A program made the position numbers and the translations under genes. Shown one piece after another: positions 9,616 to 15,509 of a DNA stretch of 15,509 nucleotides (positions are counted from its first letter, which is position 1; every line of letters starts with the position of its first letter). The notes below the pieces were generated by a model. It was not told the DNA's origin and did not search any database. It was given only the letters and a program-made list of their open reading frames with translations. Source of the DNA: an uncultured delta proteobacterium (GTDB lineage Bacteria; Myxococcota; Myxococcia; Myxococcales; Anaeromyxobacteraceae); assembly GCA_963828255.1 (NCBI GenBank), contig CAWHDZ010000005.1, positions 1 through 15,509 on the forward strand, in the 5' to 3' direction.

Positions 9616-10129
9616 AGGCCACGTCGCGGGGCCGGACACCGGCGGCGAGGAGCGTTGCCCCCACCGCCACCCAGTTGCAGATGCCGACGGAGGAGCACTC
9701 GGCGGTTCAGGAGGAGAAAGGCGAGGAACATGAGGGCTTCCGCCACGTAGACGTACTTCTCGGAGATTCCCAGGTGCCAGGGGATGACCTCCTCGTGGAG
9801 CTGGGCCATGTCGTCCAGCCCCAGGAAGGCGCTCAGGGCCGCGTAGGAACCCAGGGCTGCGGCGAGGAGCCGGGTCGGCGGGTGCCCTCTCGCAGGCGCC
9901 ACCATCCGAACCCGCCCAGCGCGGCCGCGGCGCCCCAGGCCATGAGGCCGAGGTTCGAGAAGAAGCCGGCGTACCACCTCACGCCTGCGACGTAAGCGGC
10001 GTCCCGCGTCAGAACGCCCATGTCGAGGTGCTTCGCACCCGCCGCCACCTGGGCGGCGAGAAGCGCCAGGGTGACGCCCACCGATATCGTGATTCCGAGC
10101 GCGGCCTGGCGCTTCCAGGCCGCGTTCAT
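9614..10129 (-). pseudogene. Frameshifted hypothetical polytopic membrane protein
   Basis: Three consecutive frames give one coherent membrane protein: MNAAW...LTRD...YAGFFSNLGLMAW...; shift near 9880; LLAAALGSYAALSAFLGLDDMAQLHEEVIPWHLGISEKYVY...LLLNRRVLL; shift near 9690; VGICNWVAVGATLLAAGVRPRDVA*. Confidence 0.6.
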
Positions 10130-10160
10130 GGGCGAAGCATCGTTCAGCCGGTCAGCCCGG

Positions 10161-11198
10161 TCACTTCACGTTGGTGTAGGTCCACTTCAGGATCTCGAGG
10201 CGGCTGGTGAGGCCGCCGGTGGAGCCTGTGAAGCCCACCCACCCGGTCGGCCCTCCGGTGTGGGCCGGGATGTCGATCGGGAAGGCAGCCGTGAACTTCG
10301 TCGCCGGTGAGGTGGAGTCGGTCACCGTCATGCTGAGAGTCGCCCCGTCGTAGACCATGTGCACGTCGAACACCCGTCCGCTCGTGAGGAGGATGCCCGA
10401 CGGAGAAAGACTCAGCGCCGGGACGCTGGGAACCTCGCCGTCCGTGTAGATGCCCGTGCTGTTCCAGCCCTCGCCCGCGTTGTCATAGATGTCGAACTTC
10501 ACCGCGACGCTCCTCGGGATGGTGAGCTGCTGCCCGAAGAGGAAGGGGTCCGGTCCGTATGCCAGGCCGCCGCCCTGGGAGCCGAGGGCGAACGGTCCAT
10601 CTCCCTGGATCGTGAACGTGATGCCGTCGCCGGCGTTGTTCGGGTTGTCGACCGTGATCTGGAAGGAGAAGTCGGTGGTGAACGCCTGCACGTTGACCGG
10701 GGTGGGGAAGAAGGACGAGCCGAACTGGTAGCGGGTGGCCGCTGGAGTGAGGCGGAGGCGGGTGCCCACGATGGTCGTCGTGCCGTTCATCTGGACCTTG
10801 TCCGGCGTGAAACCGGCCGACAGGTCGATGACCTGTCCGGAGGGGGGCGGGGGAGGCGGGGGCGTCGCGACGATGGTGTAGATGCCAACCACCGTGGCGC
10901 TCCTCTCCGTTCCGACCTTGGCGAAAGCCTGCACCATCGCGGTGGCCTGGAGCGTGATCGTGCCACCGCCCACGAAGCTCGGCGTGAAGGTCTCTGGCGC
11001 ATCGCTCGGCGCGGTGCCGTCGGTCGTGTAGAAGATGACCGCCGTGGGGACGGGGTGGGACACCACGACCGCAAGCCCAGGGGAGGCCGTTGCGCCAGGG
11101 GGGGTGAGCGTCGGCGAGGCCGGTGGGGTCACCGCCGCCTGGCAGATGCCCGAGTTGCAGGTCAACGGGGCCAGTGGGGTTCCGCAGGCGGTGCCGGA
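10161..11198 (-). CDS. N-terminally truncated protein: Cys-rich repeat remnant, Fn3-associated (YTTDG) domain, Pro linker, L-type (legume) lectin domain
   Basis: GTACG...CNSGIC, IFYTTDGTAP and a poly-Pro linker, then lectin motifs FTTDFSFQI, GDGITFTIQ, GGGLAY, SVAVKFD and GWVGFTGSTGG...ILKW. There is no start or signal peptide before the frame runs into the duplicated intergenic DNA at about 11198. Confidence 0.75.
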   Translation of the reverse strand, partial: SGTACGTPLAPLTCNSGICQAAVTPPASPTLTPPGATASPGLAVVVSHPVPTAVIFYTTDGTAPSDAPETFTPSFVGGGTITLQATAMVQAFAKVGTERSATVVGIYTIVATPPPPPPPSGQVIDLSAGFTPDKVQMNGTTTIVGTRLRLTPAATRYQFGSSFFPTPVNVQAFTTDFSFQITVDNPNNAGDGITFTIQGDGPFALGSQGGGLAYGPDPFLFGQQLTIPRSVAVKFDIYDNAGEGWNSTGIYTDGEVPSVPALSLSPSGILLTSGRVFDVHMVYDGATLSMTVTDSTSPATKFTAAFPIDIPAHTGGPTGWVGFTGSTGGLTSRLEILKWTYTNVK

Positions 11199-11382
11199 TC
11201 GTTGCGCCCGCCCGCACCCTCTTCGGTCCAGCCAAAGGGGGAGTTGATGGGGCCGGCATATGAGAGACCGAACCCCTCGGCGCTTCTCGGGATCGGTCTT
11301 GTGTGGTGCGCCCGGATCAATCGAGATCAAGTCGATTCGCAACCGTTGCGCGGTTCGGGCCGATTCGCCCGGAAATCGAGCG

Positions 11383-12791
11383 GTGCGCGAATTGCAATCG
11401 TGCGGCCCGGTGACGGCCGAACGGGTTCTCATTCTCGATTCAGACACGGCGCAGCGGGGCGACCTGGCCGGTCGCTGCGCGCGGAGGGGCTCGAGGTCGT
11501 GGAGGCCGCCACGGCCGAGAACGCCATCGAGGTCCTTCGCGCCACCCCGGTCCATGGAGTGCTGTGCGCGGCCAGGGCCAGTCGGCTGGAGCTGCGCGGC
11601 GGTAATCTCGCTTGCCCGGGCCGGAGGCTCTGACGCCGCCTTCGTCGTGACCTGCCACCGGGAGGACGTCGCCGGGGCCATCGAGGCGCTGCGCAACGGA
11701 GCCGACGCCTACGTGGTCCTCCCCGACGACCCGGTGCGCACCGCGGTGGTCGTACTGCGTGCGCTCGAGAAGCGGCGCATGCGTCGGGAGGCCCGGGACC
11801 TCGCGACCAGGCCCGGGCCCGGCTGCGCTACGTGGGCGCGACGCCCGACGCGTCGGTGGTCGAGGAGATCATCCGCCGGGCCGCGCCCACCAAGGCCACC
11901 GTGCTCCTGCAGGGAGAGGCGGGCACCGGGCGGTCGTTCGTCGCCGAGATGATCCACGAGGCGTCGCCCCGCCGCGACCGCCCCTTCGCCCGCGCCGGTT
12001 GCGCCGGCCTGTCCGAGAGCCATGCTCGAGGTGCGGCTCTTCGGGAGCGACGGCGGCCCGACTGGGCGAGTCCCCCCGCCGCCGGGAGGGGCTGCTCGAG
12101 CGGGTCGACGGGGGAACGCTCTACCTGCACGAGGTGTGCAGCCTCGTCCCCTCCCTTCAAGTGAAGCTGCTGCGCCTGCTCCAGCAGGGGGAGTTCGAGC
12201 GGGTGGGGGGCAGCCGGACCTTGCGGGCCGACGTGCGCGTGGTGGCCTCGACCCGGCTCGACCTGGCCGAGGAGGTCCGGTCCGGCCGCTTCCGCGACGA
12301 CCTCTACTACCGGCTGAACGTGGTCTCGCTCTCCCTGCCCCCGCTGCGCTCCCGGAAGGGCGACATCCCCGCGCTGGCGGCCCACTTCCTGGCCGTGCAC
12401 GGCCGCGCCCTGGGCAAGACCCATCCGCGGCATCTCCCCCGGGCGCGCTGTCGGCCCTCTTCGCCTACGACTGGCCGGGCAACGTCCGCGAGCTGGAGAC
12501 CGCCATCGCCCAGGCGGCCGAGGCCTGCCGGGGGGACCTGCTGGGCATCGACGACCTGCCCACGGTGCTCCGCGGCGCCCGTCCCGACGAGGGAGCCGGC
12601 AGCGCGCTCATCCCGGGGGCGAGCCTCTTCGAGATCGAGCGGGAGGCCATCCTGCGCACGCTCGACGCGGTCGGCGGCTCCACCGCCCGCGCCGCCGAGA
12701 TGCTCGGCGTCTCGGTGAGGAAGATCCAGTACCGGCTGAAGGAGTACCGGACGGGGCAGCACAGCCCCCGCCCCCGGCGAGCGAGGCGTAG
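11383..12791 (+). pseudogene. Second copy of the atypical NtrC-like regulator, frameshifted (natural pseudogene or sequencing error)
   Basis: GTG at 11383 and TAG at 12789-12791 are homologous to copy 1. Indels near 11471, 11575, 11802, 12022, 12060, 12420-12445 and 12777. Confidence 0.85.
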
Positions 12792-12809
12792 TGGACTGGC
12801 GGAGCGTGA

Positions 12810-12823
12810 CTGATCCCAATCAA
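12810..12823 (+). promoter_or_regulatory. Second copy of the FNR/CRP-family box
   Basis: CTGAT-CCCA-ATCAA, homologous to 6814-6827, with TAG at 12846 at the same spacing as in copy 1. Confidence 0.55.
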
Positions 12824-12892
12824 CCCGGGCCGCCCCCGCGGCCCGTAGCTGCCATGGCTCTCGGCGACTCCCGCGGAGACGGAGGAGCTCGA

Positions 12893-13429
12893 ATGAAATT
12901 CCCCAGCTGGCGGGCGCTCCTGCCCATCGCCGCCGCCTCGTTCCTGGCGGCGCCGCTCGTCGCCTGCGGGGGGCGGCGCGACAGGCGCGGCGCCGTCCGC
13001 CGCCGCCGAGGACATCCAGGCCCAGCCGCCCCCCTTCACCGAGGGCATCTTTCCCTGCACGCAGTGCCACGACAAGGCCGGCGACCCCCACCCGCGGCAG
13101 CTGGCCTTCCACGACGACATCCAGGGCGGTTCAACCACGGGGCGCCCGATCGCTGGTGCCTGGATTGCCACGACAACGCGAACCGCGACCTCCTGCACCT
13201 CACCAACGGCAAGAAGGTCCCCTTCACCGAGTCCTACAAGCTCTGCGGCCAGTGCCACGGCGACAAGTACCGCGACTGGAAGGTGGGCGTGCACGGCAAG
13301 CGGATCGGGATCTGGAACGGCAAGAAGACCTATTTCCTCTGCGTGAACTGCCACAACCCCCACTACCCGCGGTTCAAGGCGCTCAAGCCCGAGCCGCCGC
13401 CAATCCCGCCGCAGGAGCAGGGCCGATGA
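12893..13429 (+). pseudogene. Second copy of the tetraheme cytochrome c (lipoprotein variant) with two compensating frameshifts
   Basis: ATG at 12893 after GGAGGAG. CTQCH, CLDCH, CGQCH and CVNCH are all retained. There is an extra G in the G-run at about 12968-12973 and a missing G at about 13128. Confidence 0.85.
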
Positions 13430-14367
13430 GCGACCGGAACGGTCTTCCCGTCATCCAGGACGCGCCCGGAGGCGACGCCGGGGCCTGCCCATCCCGCCGC
13501 GAGTTCCTCCGCAACGCCGCGGCCGCCTGGTCCTCGCCGCCGTGGCGGGTTCGCCCGACGCGGTGGTCGAGGAGCTGAGCGCCACCACCTGCCGAGCTCT
13601 CGCCGGAGCGGCTCCAGGAGGTGCTCGGAAAGCTCGAGAAGAAGGGTCGGCGCGCAGTACGGCAAGGCCGTCAAGGTCTCCGCCACGCCGCCGCTCCCCG
13701 GCGTCGAGTTCGGCTACGCGCTCGACCTCTCGCGCTGCATCGGCTGTCGCCGCTGCGTCTACGCCTGCGTCGAGGAGAACAACCAGTCCCGCGCGACCCG
13801 CAGGTCCACTGGATCCGGGTGCTCGAGATGGACAAGGAGCACGGCGTCGACTTCGAGCACGCCACGCCCTACTACGACCCGGAGAAGGTGCCGCGAGGAA
13901 GGCCACTTCTACATGCCGGTGCAGTGCCAGCAGTGCCGAGAACCCGCCCTGCGTCAAGGTCTGCCCGGTCAAGGCCACCTGGAAGGAGCCCGACGGCATC
14001 GTGGTGGTCGACTACGACTGGTGCATCGGCTGCCGCTGCTGCATGTCGGCCTGCCCCTACGGCGCCCGCCACTTCAACTGGGGCGAGCCCAACCTGCCGT
14101 CCGACGAGATCAACCCGAACACCGCACTACCTCGGCAACCGGCCCCGCCCGTGCGGCGTGGTCGAGAAGTGCACCTTCTGCGTCCAGCGCACGCGCAACG
14201 GCCGCTATCCGGCCTGCGTCGAGATCTGCCCGGTCGGGGCGCGCAAGTTCGGCAACCTGCTCGACCCGCGAGCGAGATCCGCTACGTCATCGGACCACAA
14301 GCGCGTCTTCGTCCTCAAGGAGGAGCTCAACACCCGACCCGAAGTTCTTCTACTTCTACGCGCGTAG
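13426..14367 (+). pseudogene. Second copy of the 4Fe-4S subunit, multiply frameshifted
   Basis: [14 protein letters not shown]...[42 protein letters not shown] and KCTFCVQR...PACVEICP are spread over all three frames. Confidence 0.85.
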
Positions 14368-14385
14368 CGGTGAGGGAACCGCACC

Positions 14386-15509
14386 ATGGGATCTTCTGCG
14401 AGTTCATCTGCGGGCACGTCCGGGCAGGTGGTCACCGGCGGCAAGGCCTACTTGGCCTGGGTTGGCCTGCTCGTCCTGCTGATCGGCATGGGGCTGGTGC
14501 GGCTACGTCGCGCCAGTTCGACGAGGGGCTGATCGTCACCAACATGCGCGACCAGGTGTCGTGGGGCTTCTACATCGGCAACTTCACCTTCCTGGTCGGC
14601 GTGGCGGCGGCGGCCGTGCGTGCTGGTCGTTCCCGGCCTACGTCTACCACTGGAAGCCCATCAAGGAGATCGTCATCTTCGGCGAGCTGCTCGCCGTCAG
14701 CGCCATCGTCATGTGCCTGCTGTTCGTCATGGTGGACATCGGCCATCCCGAGCGGTCTGGCACCTGATTCCCGGGCTCGGGCGCCTCAACTGGCCGAGCT
14801 CGATGCTGGCGTGGGACGTGATCGTGCTGAACCTCTACCTGGTGCTCAACCTCGTCATCGTCATCCACTCCTGTTTACGCGCCTTCCTGCGGGCGGGCCT
14901 ACGACCAGCGGTTCGTGGTGCCGCTGGTCCTCTCTCGATTCCGATGGCGGTGAGCATCCACACCGTCACCGCGTTCCTCTACAACGGCATGGCGGCCGAC
15001 CCTTCTGGAACGCCGCGATCCTGGCCCCGCGCTTCCTCGCCTCGGCGTTCTGCTCGGGGCCCGCGATGCTGCTCATCCTGTTCCAGATCCTGCGGAAGAT
15101 CACCGCTTCGAGATCAAGGACGAGGCGATCTGGAAGGTCGCCGAGCTCATGGCCTACGCCATGTTCCTCAACCTCTTCCTGTTCGGCGCCGAGATCTTCA
15201 AGGAGTACTACTCCGAACACCGAGCACCTGGTGCACACCCAGTACCTCTCCGCGGGCTTCACGGCCACAACGGCGCTCGTGCCCCTACGCCTGGGTCGTC
15301 GATCTTCTGCTCCGTGGTGGCGTTCTTCCTCTTCCTGATCCCCAAGACCGCGGAGCAACTGCGTGACCCTGAACATCGGCTGCGCTGCTGATCTTCTCGG
15401 CGTCTACATCGAGAAGGGCATCGCCCTGGTGATTCCGGGCTTCACGCCCGACACGCTCGGCGAGATCTACGAGTACCAGCCGTCCGCGGTCGAGTGGATG
15501 GTGGCCATC
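14386..15509 (+). pseudogene. Second copy of the NrfD-family subunit, multiply frameshifted and cut by the window end
   Basis: [56 protein letters not shown] and TPDTLGEIYEYQPSAVEWMVAI occur in alternating frames. Confidence 0.85.

Larger units (their letters stand above)
11197..15509 (+). repeat. Copy 2 (diverged, indel-rich) of the 4.3 kb direct repeat; runs off the window end
   Basis: Shared anchors GTCCAGCC (5229/11226), GAACCCCTCGG (5270/11270) and CGCAACCGTTGCG (5337/11338), and the same gene order through to NrfD. Confidence 0.92.

Noticed and set aside
7297..9995. Very long alternative ORFs (7341..9995 +, 884 aa; 7297..9639 -, 780 aa) and similar ones such as 2550..4160, 2485..3702 and 5208..6857
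   Set aside because: These are shadow frames of real high-GC genes, with Arg/Pro/Gly-rich or antisense composition and no recognisable motifs.
10838..10866. G-rich tract as a repeat or G-quadruplex element
   Set aside because: It is fully explained by the poly-proline linker codons of the minus-strand lectin gene.
11199..11696. N-terminal 166 aa of the 511-aa minus-strand ORF, as a possible regulator-lectin fusion
   Set aside because: It is the antisense read-through of the duplicated intergenic DNA and regulator. The same antisense peptide appears in ORF 4596..5681 of copy 1.
11383..15509. Programmed frameshifting, phase variation or a DGR/silent-cassette system as the explanation for copy 2
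   Set aside because: The indels are numerous, scattered and not at slippery or long repeat tracts. Substitutions are not adenine-specific, and no reverse transcriptase or recombinase gene is present in the window.

Overview
This is a GC-rich window that looks myxobacterial or deltaproteobacterial (Anaeromyxobacter-like; inferred from gene content and codon style) and encodes respiratory functions. (1) 1-5198: tail of an alternative complex III (ACIII) operon (actF C-terminus, actG-like) running into SCO and a type-A2 caa3 cytochrome c oxidase (subunits II, I, III, IV). (2) 5383-9594: an NtrC-like regulator whose receiver Asp, Walker A Lys, GAFTGA loop and Walker B Asp are all degenerate. It is followed by an FNR/CRP-box promoter and a tetraheme cytochrome c / Tat-lipoprotein 4x[4Fe-4S] / NrfD-family trio (Cbc4/CbcSTU-like, no catalytic molybdopterin subunit). 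(3) 9614-11198, minus strand: a broken membrane-protein gene and an N-terminally truncated Fn3-associated + legume-lectin gene. (4) About 11197-15509: a second, diverged direct copy of about 5204-9468 (offset about 6.0 kb). Its substitutions are mostly conservative, but it carries many single-base indels, several in homopolymer runs. This fits an error-prone or chimeric sequence of a real paralog/ortholog better than natural pseudogene decay. The two copies act as an internal phylogenetic footprint that reveals conserved regulatory sites.
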